This document shows positions 1-11,400 of a DNA stretch of 39,804 nt, in pieces (within the stretch, counting starts at the first letter, position 1; the number at the start of each line of letters is the position of its first letter). The translations under genes and the position numbers were made by a program. The notes beneath the pieces were generated by a model, which saw only the letters and a list, made by a program, of their open reading frames with translations, was not told the origin of the DNA and ran no database searches. The stretch comes from Chiloscyllium plagiosum (taxonomy: Eukaryota). The stretch spans positions 9,564,932 through 9,604,735 of the forward strand of contig NC_057753.1 in assembly GCF_004010195.1 (NCBI RefSeq), read 5' to 3'.

Positions 1-291
1 GCCCCTCAGGGGAGGAATCCCGCACGAATACAGGTTTTATTACATCTGATGCTAACACATTCCGAGCATGTAAGAGACTTAAATATACACCCTGGTTAGT
101 TGTAGGTTAGATTAGTAGATGGTTGAGTTTTGTTTGTTTTTTTTCCGTTTTTTTTTTTGTTTGTTTTTTGTTAAATTTTGGCTATTGTATATTTGAGCTA
201 ATTGTATATCAATGTTTATATCTGAGAGTTTTGTTTATTTTTGTAAACTTGTAAAAATGTTAAATTTCTAATAAAAATATCTATTAAAAAA
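1..291 (+). mobile_element. 3' UTR and poly(A) end of an L1-clade LINE (continues upstream of window)
   Basis: Colinear with the 3' UTR at 4545-4847 (GGAATCCC.CA.GAATAC.GGTTTTATT, TAGATTAGTAG, TTGTAAAAATGTTAAATTT). AATAAA at 270-275 and A-run at 286-291. Confidence 0.85.
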
Positions 292-1538
292 TAGAACACT
301 TGAAATTACAACAGGGTGGATTTGATCAGGCCTTCTTTTCATCTTTCAATTCAAAAAGTAGGCGAGTAGTTATTCTTATTCGGAAGAATCTCCCTTTCAA
401 AATCCTAAGTCAGATAAAAGATTAATCTGGACGGTACATATTGATTAAAGCCCTTATAAATGGAGAAGAATATGGGATTTTGAATCTGTATTGTCCCCCG
501 ATGCATCCTTTCAAATTTATAATGGAAGCTTTCTCCAAACTGATGGCTCTTGGGGCTCATTTTACAATTATAGGGGGAGGTTTTAAGCACATTATGGACC
601 CGGAGATAGACAGGATACCCAAGAATACTACGGGTGTATCCCCCAGATCCAGGCAATTGGTGGATTTGAATAAAGAGTTAGGATTAGTAGATGTGTGGAG
701 GTGCATCCACCTGCAAGCAGAGATTTCTCTTTTTATTCTAATCCATATAGGTGTCACACTAGAATTGATATGTTGTTTGCCCCCTCGACCTTTTTGAATT
801 CCATATTATCCTGCAAAATAGGTAATATAATAATTTCTGATCACATTGCAGTGACTATCGAAATCAAGACTAGGAACAATGAGATGGCCCCCCAACATTG
901 GCGTATGGATTCTTTCTTAATGAAGGATAGTAATTTGTAAAATATTTCTCTCAAGAATTCAAAACCGTTTTGGAAATTAATTCAGGTACGGCTAGTAACC
1001 CGTCGATGATGTGGGAGACCATTAAGGCTTATGCGCGGGGTCTGATCATTTCATACTTGGCGACCCAGAAAAAATAAAAGGGAGATTAACAGCGTCTACT
1101 TGAGACTCGCTGAAAGGCAGCTGAAACAGCGTATGTTGATAGGCCCTCTGTTGCTAAATTACAAAGGATTACAGCCCTTAGGACAGCCCTGAATACCGTG
1201 ATTACCCAAACGGCAAAGAGGGAAATATTATTTGCAAAGCAAAGATTATATGAATTTGGCGATGAGCCTGGTAGATATCTAACGTTTCTCGCAAGGCAAA
1301 AAAAGGCCCCACAAGCTATCACATCCATTAGGGAAAGTGCTGGTACTCTGACTCACGATCATAAAAGGATCAACACAATCTTCAGAAACGTTTACTCTGA
1401 TTTGTATAAATCGCAGGATTGTGAAGATAGAGCCAGGAAGATGCAGTCATGTTTTTTTAAAAGCCTGGTCTTTCCGGACCTAACCCCGGAACAGGTGTCA
1501 GTCCTGAATGCTCCCCTAACAACCCAGGAAATACTTGA

Positions 1539-1737
1539 GGAGAAAGTGAGGTCTGCAGATGCTGGAGATCAGAGTTGAAAATGTGTTGCTGGAAAAGCGC
1601 AGCAGGTCAGGCAGCATCGAGGGAACAGGAGAATCAACATTTCTTCCTGAAGAAGGGCTTATGCCCGAAACGTCGATTCTCCTGTTCCCTGGATGCTGCC
1701 TGACCTGCTGTGCTTTTCCAGCAACACATTTTCAGCT
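1539..1737. mobile_element. Short fold-back Penelope-derived non-autonomous element inserted in L1
   Basis: Inverted arms AAAATGTGTTGCTGGAAAAGCGCAGCAGGTCAGGCAGCATC / GATGCTGCCTGACCTGCTGTGCTTTTCCAGCAACACATTTT. TSD CAGGAAATACTTGA at 1525-1538 and 1738-1751. Confidence 0.85.
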
Positions 1738-3395
1738 CAGGAAATACTTGATGCAATCAGGCAGCTCCAGAGTGGTAAGGCACCTGGTCCAGATGGATTT
1801 CAGGTTATATGGATTAGAATAAAACAAAGAGTTTATAGGAGTATAAACTGGTCCACTTATGGACATGTACAACTATTCATATAGTCAGGGCTGCCTTCTG
1901 CCTTCGTTGAAAGAGACGAATATCTCCCTCATTCTCAAAAAAGGAAAGGACCCAGAAGATTTTGCATCATACAGACCAATATCCTTGCTAAATGTAGATT
2001 TTAAAATTCTTTCTTAAACATTAGCCAAAAGAGGACCAGACAGGGTTTATTGAGGGCTGTAGATCATCTAATAATATTAGAAGGGTTTTGAATGTGATCC
2101 AAGTCTGTCATCAGGAAAGAATACCGGGAATAGTAGTCTCGTTGGACGCAGAGAAGGCATTTGACAGGGTTGAATGGTCAAACCTGTTCTATACATTGGA
2201 AAGGTATTTGCTAAATGGGTCTCAACATTGTATAATGACCCCAAAGCAGTTGTGATCACCAATGGCTTAGGCTCGGATAGCTTCAATGTGGGTAAGGGCT
2301 GCCGTCAGGGATGTCCCCTCTCACCGTTGCTATTCACGCTAATAATTGAGCCACTAGTGGAAGCGATACGGGCGGACTCTAATATAATGGCCCCGAGGGT
2401 TGGCACGGGTAAACATAAAATTACCCTTTATGCAGGTGATGTTCTCCTTTTTCTTAGTAATCCTTTGATGTTTGTGCCCCGCCTGATCCAAGTTATTAAT
2501 TTATTTAATGCATTCTCAGGCTACAAAATTAATTTCTCAAAATCAGAGGCTATGCCGATGGGTGGCCTTGCTAGTATGTCCCACTTATTGGACGGATCTC
2601 ACTTTCCCTTTCAGTGGTCTCTGGGTTTTTTTTTATATTTAGGTATTTTTATCACCCCAGTATTTGGCCAGCTGTAAAAGGCCAATTTTGTGCATCTATT
2701 GGAAAGGATAAGGCAGGACCTTCATGCTGGGGAGACCTTCCAATTTCCTGACTAGGTAGAATAACTCTAATTAAAATGAATGTCTTGCCCCGTCTCTTAT
2801 ACCCTATGAGAATGCTCCCAATGATACTGCTGAGGCCAGCACTGCGCAAATTGTATGGTTGACTTGGTTCTTTCATCTAGAGTCATAGACGGCCCCTCAT
2901 TAAGTTAAGGAAGCTACAGCTTCCACAGGCAAGGGGAGGGCTGGATTTTCCAGACTTTAGGAAGTATCAGCTGAGTTCCCTTTTAAGCTACATAGCCGAT
3001 TGGGAGCGTCTGACCCACAATCAATCTGGCTGGACATCGAGGCTTCTCAAGTAAAGTGCCCTCTCATTTACCTCATCTTTAGATAAGATGAAAGTCATTA
3101 TGGACCATTGTAAAAACCCTGTAGTATTAAACACAATTAAAGCCTGGAAGATAATACAGCAAAACGAGGATAATTCACATAAAACCTCCCCTTATACTCC
3201 TATAATAGGGACATGAGGCTCACAGATGCCACATTTAAATCCTGGAGGTCCAGGGGTATCTCCTGTTTAGGGGATCTGTTTGATGAGGGGGTCTGCACCA
3301 GAACAGCTGCACCAGAAATTTGGACTACTTAATGGAGACCTCTTTTGATACTTCCAGATTCGAGATTACATACAGAAGACTACATTATTAGATAG

Positions 3396-3558
3396 GAGAA
3401 AGTGAGGTCTGCAGATGCTGGAGATCAGAGCTGAAAATGTGTTGCTGGAAAAGCGCAGCAGGTCAGGCAGCATCCAGGCAGCATGCCCGAAACGTCGATT
3501 CTCCTGTTCCCTGGATGCTGCCTGACCTGCTGCGCTTTTCCAGCAATACATTTTCAGC
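3396..3558. mobile_element. Second fold-back Penelope-derived element in L1
   Basis: Same inverted arms with a different junction. TSD ACTACATTATTAGATAG at 3379-3395 and 3559-3575. Confidence 0.85.
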
Positions 3559-4187
3559 ACTACATTATTAGATAGCCTTTATAAATCAGGTAGAGAACGT
3601 AGAGTGTTGTGGCCAATGGATTTACCCTCAATCAGCACTCTCTATCATTTATTACATAACTAAGTGTCAGAAGACATGGTACATTAGAACATGGGATCAG
3701 GAATTGGGGTTGGAAATATCCACAGAAATGTAGGATGACATCTGGGAAAATGCCAGAAAAATCTCCATCTGTAATAGAACCCAGGCCATTCAGTTAAAAA
3801 TACTCTATAGGACTCATATAGCACCAGGATGATTGGCAAAATTTAGGGCAGGAGCATCTCCAATTTGTCCCAAATGTAAAATAGAGGTGGGCACTCTCAC
3901 ACACTGCTTATGGACATGTCATAAGATCCGTAAATACTGGGTCAGAGTAGCAAATGCTTTGACAGAAATCTTGGGAACGGAAATTAGAGTAGATCCAGTG
4001 TTTTTTTCTTCTGGGCTTTTCGAGCTTGCCTTCCCTGGATGTGCACGGGATGAAATTATTTTCCATTCTCTCCTTTTGTGCAAGGAAAAATATCTTAGTA
4101 AACTCGGTAGCTGAGGACCCTCCAGGACTTCCGAATTGGCACAGGTTAATCATGGAATATATTCCCCTTGACTTCCTTACAAATATG

Positions 4188-4404
4188 GAAATGTGTTGCT
4201 GGAAAAGCACAGCAGGTCAGGCAGCATCCAGGGAACAGGAGAATCGACGTTTCGGGCATAAGCCCTTCTTCAGGAAGCCCTTCCTGAAGAAGGGCTTATG
4301 CCCGAAACGTCGATTCTCCTGTTCCCTGGATGCTGCCTGACCTGCTGCGCTTTTCCAGCAACACATTTCCAGCTCTGATCTCCAGCATCTTCAGACCTCA
4401 CTTT
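4188..4404. mobile_element. Third fold-back Penelope-derived element in L1 (opposite orientation)
   Basis: Same arms. TSD TTCCTTACAAATATG at 4173-4187 and 4405-4419. Confidence 0.85.
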
Positions 4405-5699
4405 TTCCTTACAAATATGTGCACTAAAAAACTGAATTATTCTATAAAATATAACAGCCCTTTCTGAATTACATAGATATAGATATTTCAGCCATTTTGT
4501 CAAGGGCTTTCATCTAGTTGGGGTAGCGGTTCTGGCTGGTCCGGGGCCCCTTGGGACAGGAATCCCACATGAATACGGGTTTTATTATGACTTGATGTTA
4601 ATTCGTTCTGAGCATGTACTTCACTATTTAATTACTATGTTATCCTTTTTTTCCCTTGAGTAACGTAAGATATTTTATTATACGCTCTGGTTAGTTATAA
4701 GTTAGATTAGTAGTTAGTTAAGTTTTGTCTTTTTCTTTTCTTTGACAGGTTTTGGTTATTATTTATTTAATTGTATATTAGTGTTTTTTTTATTTTGGAA
4801 GTTTGTAAAAATGTTAAATTTTCAATAAAAATATGTATTTTAAAAAACATTGACATTCCACTAACATTTATAAAAAATATTTAATGTAGTTAACGATGTG
4901 ATACTGATACGATAATTTATTTTTGTGATTTTGATTGAGGAATAAATATTGGTCTGGACACCCAGAAAAAAAAGATTTTTCATGTTCTGTACAAATCTTC
5001 TGGGATGCCCAGTAATCTCCCCATACAAGCTGTTATTTTCATCAAATAATGTGACAGTTATTGACTTCCATCAACCTCTTCTGTCCTGGGAAATTTCCTT
5101 TCTCTGCAAAGTTTGGTTCACATTGGCAAGTTCAATCCTCCTCCATTTCTCCGGAACACACTTTATAATGTGTAACATTCTCAGTGTCCGCGTAACGTTC
5201 AGTGGGGAAAATATTTTCAGTCTCGCAGTTATACACAATTCCTCAGAAATGTTTTTGATAAATGCACTGCTCCCATGAAAGCTGGTGGTTCCACAGTTAA
5301 AATGCTTTCAACAGCCCTTTTTCTTATTTACGCACCTTCCCAGGATACAGGATTTCTCCCACCAGAAACTGTTTGCCCTGAAAAAAAATCCAGCAGGAAG
5401 ATCATTATGCAGCTATCAGTAAAAATGTCTCATTTGGTTCACCAATGATAGAAATGTAAGAACCTGTTTGCTTGGCTGCTCTTTGCTGTTTCCCCTGTAA
5501 CTGTTCAAAATGTTTAGTTTTATACCCCAAAATGTCAGATCATTTCATTGGTTTGGTGTCATTCCAAACAGTAAAATTAAAATTCAATAGGATTTTGGTA
5601 TCAGTGGCATAATTTAAACTGATTGGTCCAATTGGAATTTGTTTTTGTTCCATGGCAATGCAACTCCAGCTATTTGTTTCAACCAAATGTTACATCTTA

Positions 5700-6330
5700 A
5701 AATTCTTCACCACACTCTGTGCTTTCAGTCAGTCCTTGCTCACTTCATCTTTCTCTCAAAGATACAGTGCATACCTACACTTTCATAACACCATCCAAAT
5801 GTCTTTTAAATATTGTAACTTGTACCTGCCTCTACCACTTTCTCTGGAACTTCATTCACTCACAAACCACTCTGTGGAAAAAGCTTATCTCAGGTTCTTT
5901 TTAAATCTCTCTCCTCTCACCTTAAAAAACGTCTCCTAGTTTTTAATTCTCCTTCACTAAGGAACAGACATTTGCTATTCACCTTACCTACAACCCTCAT
6001 GATTTTATAAGTCTCTATAATGTCACCCCTCAACTCCTACACTCCAGTGAAAAAAGTCCGAGCCTCTCCTTATAACTTAAACCTTTCAGTCCTGGCAACA
6101 TCCTGGTAAATCTTTTCCAAACCCTCTTGAATAGTATTCTTTCTATAACAGGGCTACCAGAACTGTACTCAGTACTCTAAGTGGCCTCAGCAAAATCCTG
6201 TACAACTCAACATGACGTCCCAACTCCCACACTCAGTGTTCTGAATAATGAAGGCAAGTTCGCTAAACACCACCTTAACCACCCTGTCTAGTGGTGATGC
6301 AACTTTCAAAGATCTATGTACCTGAAACCC
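5700..6330 (-). mobile_element. CR1/HER1-like LINE 3' fragment
   Basis: Reverse complement resembles the CR1 RT C-terminus and 3' UTR seen at 33850-34100 and 35842-36398 (GAGTGTGGGAGTTGGGACGTCATGTTG, GAGTACAGTTCTGGT). Boundaries approximate. Confidence 0.7.
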
Positions 6331-6789
6331 CGTCCCCCAGATGCAATATCTGCAGAGGTGAAAAACGTAACAGTTTCTGACAATACTAACTATAGATTCA
6401 CTGTTGCTTCTGACACACAACATTGGAAACTTAGTGCAGGAGGCTGAAAGAAATGGGCAGCTTGAAAACAAAAACCTGTTGGATCTCATATTTCAATGTC
6501 TGAATCCTATGGTAAGTCAGGTAACCTTAATTATGCCCCAACTTTAGATCTCCCTAGCAAAACAGTGTATGAAAAGTAGCTTATTTCATTTTAAAATGGA
6601 TTAAGGTCAAACAGCACACACACCCCACCCTCCACTTTCTTTACTATTGGTCAGCACAGAGTTGTCCCTTTGTAATTGGATCCTTGGTCCAACCTTAACC
6701 CACAGGAATTGCCTCACTCAGCAATTTCAACCCACGCACTGTATCCAAGTAAATTTCTCCCCACTCATTCCCCATGCATGACGGAAGGT

Positions 6790-7075
6790 AGTCAAGAGTC
6801 AACCACACTGCTATGTGTCTGGGGTCACGTGTAGGCCAGATCAGATAAAGGATGCAGCTGGGACAACTGAGTGGCAGTTCCCGCAATGGCAGTTTCCCTC
6901 CCTAAAGTGAATCAGACAGGGATTTTGGATTTTGCCCTGAAAATGGTTTCATCGTTAGACTCTGAACTCCAGATTTCTGACTGAGTTCCAATTCCGCCAT
7001 TTGCCATGAAGGGATTCAAACCTGGGAGTCCCCGGAACTGGGATGATAGTCCAGTTGATAATGGCACTCGGCCAT
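6790..7075 (-). mobile_element. Old tRNA-derived SINE in the 3' UTR of the left ZNF pseudogene
   Basis: B-box-like GGTTTGAATCCC. Body colinear with 38148-38450 (AGAAATCTG.AGTTCAGA.TCTAAC, TTTAGGGA.GGAAACTGCCATTG). Confidence 0.55.
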
Positions 7076-7082
7076 CGTTCCT

Positions 7083-7551
7083 TCAATCCCCCTGCGATGG
7101 CACATGATCTCGCCAGTGTGGCAGATCATGTGCCATCGCAGGTAGGAGGAGTTGGTGAAGCCGGAGGAGCTGGTGAAGCCCTTCCCGCACTGACAACAGG
7201 TGAGCAGGTTGTCTCCAGTGTGGACCCACTGGTGGGTCAGCAGCCCAGAAGAATCGATGAACCCCTTCCCACCCTCTGAGCAGGTGAATGGCCTCTCTCC
7301 GTGTGGACCCGCTCGTGCGTCTGCAGGTTGCCCATCCGACTGAATCCCTGCCTGCACATGGATCAGGTGAATGGCCTCTCCCCTGTGTGAACTCACTGGT
7401 GTGCCAGCAGATTGCACAGCCAACTGTATCCCTTCCCACAGTCGGTGTAGGAGAATGGCCTCTCCCTAGTGCAAACGCGTCTGTGAGTTTCTAGCATCGA
7501 GGGGGAAAGGAACCCTTTCCCACAATCCTCACATTTCCATGGTTTCCCCAT
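7083..7551 (-). pseudogene. C2H2 (Kruppel-type) zinc-finger pseudogene, about 5 fingers
   Basis: [29 protein letters not shown]-type linkers, ends HVPSQGD*. In-frame stop at 7393-7395, frameshifts and lost Cys/His ligands. Confidence 0.9.
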
Positions 7552-8147
7552 GGGGACGAGCTTTCCTTGTGTCACTCTGGATTTGAAATTAAAACAGAAC
7601 AGGTACACAGAACCTGTCCCCAACATGACAGGTGAGATTGATCCCCCAAGCTGAGTAAATGGTTTGAAGCACTTTTCAGTCAGGGCACTGTATCTTCCTC
7701 ACTCGGGTGTCTCAGTATTCTTCCTGCCACACTCGAGTCCAAAATCTCTCAAGCTAACAAAAGCAAACGTTTCTTCTGTATTGGAGGTGGCTGATATTCA
7801 AGTCCCAATGAATCAAGTAGCTCTGCCAGAAGTCGATGTATTAATTGTTTCCAGATTTCTTTCCGCCTGTTTTCCTGCAAAAGAAATTCACAAAATAAGT
7901 GATTCTTGTCAGTACAGTTAAATGAATGTAAAATAGGTGGCAAATCCTGTAGATTCCCAGATGCCTGCTGATCTCATATTATCTAGGACATTGAAACCTG
8001 AAAACCCTCATGCAGCCAGATAGCCTTAAGTGTGTATGGAGGAAAACTTCATTTCGGTGACAATGACCTGGAACAAGCTGCCTACGAAGGTGCTGAAAAT
8101 GGAGCTGAGTCAAGGACATAATAATGAAATGTCAAGGCTGCTTGAGA

Positions 8148-8447
8148 AAGGAAAGCCAGTAAAGTTGCTAAATGATTTCCTGCTGTCCTAGTAAATAAAA
8201 AGATGACAAGAAATACAGTATGTGACTCCATTACTACATTAGACAAAGAATAATTGCCACGAAGCTTTTACAACAGCGGCACGGTGGCACAGTGGTTAGC
8301 ACTGCTGCCTCACAGCGCCAGAGACCCGGGTTCAAGGAAAGCCAGTAAAGTTGCTAAATGATTTCCTGCTGTCCTAGTAAATAAAAAGATGACAAGAAAT
8401 ACAGTATGTGACTCCATTACTACATTAGACAAAGCTTTTACAACAGC
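8148..8447 (+). repeat. About 115-130 bp direct repeat flanking an isolated HE1 SINE 5' head (about 8277-8335)
   Basis: AAGGAAAGCCAGTAAAGTTGC...CTTTTACAACAGC occurs twice (second copy lacks about 16 bp). Between them is GGCACGGTGGCACAGTGGTTAGCACTGCTGCCTCACAGCGCCAGAGACCCGGGTTCA. Confidence 0.85.
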
Positions 8448-8635
8448 CAATAATATCAGATCTACACCATATGAAGTAACATATGTCTACATTTGAAATC
8501 AAAGTGCCAATCCCTTAAATGCTGCTCAGTTCCATGAAAACTACCCTTTTAATTGTGAACATGAGGAAAGAAGTAATCCTCTTCTAAGGTGCAAACTGTA
8601 TACGTGCCAAACGGAGGGAATACACAATGAAATAC

Positions 8636-8870
8636 CTTTAGGAGGGACAGAGAATCTGAGCACCTTTGCAAAGTCTGCTCCCTCCCTGGATTGACTCCAA
8701 ATAAACAGCGTCTCTCTCTCTCTCCCTCTCCCCCTTCTCCTCGCCCCCCCCCCCCCCATTGAGGAATGGAAAGGGGAAGACATTGCTTTGCTCCCAGATG
8801 TTGCCTAAAGGGAGGGAGTTTCACTCTGAAACTGACAGACCTGCTTCCACGTTGTGACATCCACAAAGGC
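8636..8870 (-). promoter_or_regulatory. Putative promoter / non-coding first exon of left ZNF (predicted intron 7875-8635)
   Basis: Minus strand GGATGTCACAACGTGGAAGCAGGTCTGTCAGTTTCAGAGTGAAACTCCCTCC matches 35381-35430. GGAGT.AATCCAGGGAGGGAGCAG is shared. Donor AAG|GTATTT at 8636/8635, acceptor TTCTTTTGCAG|G at 7875/7874. Confidence 0.6.
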
Positions 8871-8907
8871 TGGGGTGGGGGTGGGGGGGTGCAGACAGTG
8901 GGCTGGC

Positions 8908-8966
8908 AGTGAATGTAGTGGTGTGAGTCTTCTACTCAGTATTTTACTATTTGGTGGAGTTCCTTG
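8908..8966 (-). repeat. Inverted 59-bp copy of Penelope RT segment 9315-9373
   Basis: Reverse complement CAAGGAACTCCACCAAATAGTAAAATACTGAGTAGAAGACTCACACCACTACATTCACT matches 9315-9373 with about 5 mismatches. Confidence 0.85.
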
Positions 8967-9232
8967 CACTTGCCCTGCAGTTGAGGCACGTGGGGAGGGG
9001 TGGATACTTTGCAAACTCCCTTCGCTCTCCTCCAAGTCAACGCAGTTTGAGTTCAAGCAAAGCACGGGGTTTCATTTTAGCTTCACACTCAGAAAACCGC
9101 CTCCTCTGTGAATCCAACATTTTACATCCCCCTCCACTCCATGGAAATAGTAATTTGTGAGTTGCTAATATCCTGTTGTAGGGGCTTGGTAGAAAATGAT
9201 TTTATCACGCTCTGTGAGTTCATTATTGTTCA

Positions 9233-10735
9233 GTGGATTACTCAACATACACAAATCAGGAGTCCCCCTCAGACCCATAGTCTCACTACCTGGGACACCA
9301 TTGTACAGACTAGCCAAGGAACTCCACCGAATAGTAAAACACTGAGTAGAAGATTCATACCACTCCATTCACTCCACCCAAGAATTCCTGAACACCAAAG
9401 ACCCCAAGATAGAAGAGGATGGCCTGCATTGACGTAACAGCCATGTACACATCCATTAACATTAACCTGGCCAAAGAAACACTGAATACATTACTAGAAG
9501 AACCAAAGGCACAAATACCAAACAGCGCCAACTTACTTCATCAGCAAAAATAACACTGTCAAGCTATTGGACATGTGCCTTACCACTCATTTCACATTCA
9601 ATAACAAGCCCTACAAACAAATCAATGGAACACCCATGAAACCACCAGTATCAGGGTTCCTAGCAGAAGCAGTAATGCAGAGACTCAAACAAACAGCCCT
9701 CCCAACTATCCAACCCAAACTTTGAGTCGGCTGCGTGGATGACACCCTTTGTCATCACAAAATGAAACAAATTAGAAGAAACATACAATACCATCAACAA
9801 TATCCTTACTGGCAGAAAATACACAAAAGAGAACAACAAACATTTCTAGATGTCACAGTAGAGCGAACAGTCAATGGGGAACTTCGAACCAGTGTCAACA
9901 GGAAAACAACCGACACGAACCAAATACAGGAGCAATCATCTCAACACCCACAAACGAAGCTGCATCAGGACATTATTTCAACAAGCCATCATACACTGCA
10001 GCACAGAGAAACTACGAACAGTAGAAGAGAAATACCTACACAACATATTCGAGAAGAAGAACAAGTACACAATCAACCCAGTCCACTCATTTCTCAACAA
10101 CAAACCCAAACAACCAAACACGACGTGCCCAGAAACCCTGGCCACATTACCTATCAAAGGCATCTCTGAAATGACTTCCAGATTACTCCAACCTCTTGGC
10201 ATCATGGTAGCCCACAAACCTACTAACGCACTTAACAGTGGCGAATGAACCTAAAAGAAACCATACAAACAACCACCAAAACGAATATCATTTATGAAAT
10301 ATCATGCAAGGAACATAACAAAGATTACATCAGTAAAACAGGCAGAAAACTAGCCACCAGGATACTTGAACATCAACTCGCCACAAAAAAACATGACCAA
10401 CTATCACTAGTATCCTTACATACAGTTGAAGGAGGATACTACTTTGACTGGGACATGACACCAATCCTAGGACAAACCAAACACACACGAGGATTGCTCA
10501 AAGCATGACATTCCAATCAGAACTCCATCAATACATATATTGATCATGGACCCCATCTACCATCCTCTGAGAAAAAGAATCGGAAATGATATCACCCTAA
10601 GAAGCCAAAACACACGAAAGCATGCAGGACATAACACCAGCGCTTCACCAGAGGCTCACTGATGATGTTACCCAGTAAGGGTACGAAATATCTGAAAATG
10701 AACCTTCCAGCTGAGCGAGCAAACTTATATCCTGA
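9233..10735 (+). mobile_element. Penelope-like element (RT + GIY-YIG endonuclease), degenerate, 5'-truncated
   Basis: IHKSGVPLRPIVSLPGTP, YKQINGTPM, (Y)VDDT, FLDVTV, HKPTN, NIIYEISCKEHNKDYISKTGRKLATRILEH (GIY-YIG). Multiple frameshifts. Confidence 0.9.
10653..10704 (+). ncRNA. Minimal type-I hammerhead ribozyme motif at Penelope 3' end
   Basis: TCA-CTGATGA-T-GTTACCC-AGTAA-GGGTAC-GAAA-T-ATC-TGA: core CUGAUGA (10659-10665), stem II, GAAA (10685-10688), NUH=AUC, stem I UCA/UGA. Hammerheads are established in Penelope-like element termini. Activity untested. Confidence 0.65.
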
Positions 10736-10799
10736 ATGAGAAAATTCCAGTTGACACAAAGGCTGCCACGAGTTTGGAATTCTCTCCCGGAAATTAGGT

Positions 10800-11400
10800 A
10801 ATGGTGCCCTCACCAAGATGGCCGCCCCCGCTCCAAGACAACATGCGCCTTATCCTCACAAAAGATGGCGGCCGTTTGCCCGGGCAACCCGAAGGGGCCT
10901 TCCTCAGTGAAGTAGACACTGGGCCTGTGGGGCTTTTATTCGGGGCCTCCCCCTCGGAGTTTATAAACTCCCCAGTCTCCCTCCTCCCGCGGTTCCCAAT
11001 CCTACCCTGTCTCACTGTCTCCTCTCCCCGGGGGCAGGAGCCAGGTCTTGGCGCTCGGGGCCTGGCGACCTCCCCGGGATGTTCCTGAAACCTGGTCCTG
11101 TTCTGAAGGAGGATCCCCGGACCCGAAACACCTCCTCACATTCCTCCCGACACGAGCTGCCGGACCTGCTCAGCTTTTCCAGCGGCTCCTGTTCTTGTTC
11201 CTTAAGCCACCGGCGCCATTCCTCTCCCACACTCAGCAACACTGCCTTTGTCCCGCTAGAGGACCTACACTGCACATGCGCCAACACACAGGGCGGGGTC
11301 CCGGTGTATGACGTCAGACGACCAAAGGGGCGTTTGGAGGAGTCCTCCAAACAATCGGAGACGCCGGGGGCGGGGCTATCGTTTTACCAGCCACCAGAAA
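10800..11400 (-). promoter_or_regulatory. GC/CpG-rich promoter-like island
   Basis: YY1-like AAGATGGCCGCC (10815-10826) and AAGATGGCGGC (10862-10872), NRF1-like TGCACATGCGC (11271-11281), GC boxes 11291-11298 and 11367-11376, CRE TGACGTCA 11309-11316. Strand inferred from motif order. Confidence 0.55.

Larger units (their letters stand above)
292..4847 (+). mobile_element. Degenerate L1-clade LINE: ORF2 remnant (APE endonuclease, RT, C-terminal Cys-rich motif) plus 3' UTR
   Basis: Fragments: LNLYCP, LVDVWR, FSFYSNPYRCHTRIDMLF, ISDH (EN); GKAPGPDGF, KGCRQGCPLSPLLF, LYAGDVLL (YADD decayed), FSGYKINFSKS (RT); CPKCKIEVGTLTHCLWTC. Many stops and frameshifts. AATAAA at 4824-4829 and A-run to 4847. 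Confidence 0.93.

Noticed and set aside
8908..9373. MITE with 59-bp terminal inverted repeats
   Set aside because: The right arm is internal Penelope RT coding sequence and no TSD is visible.
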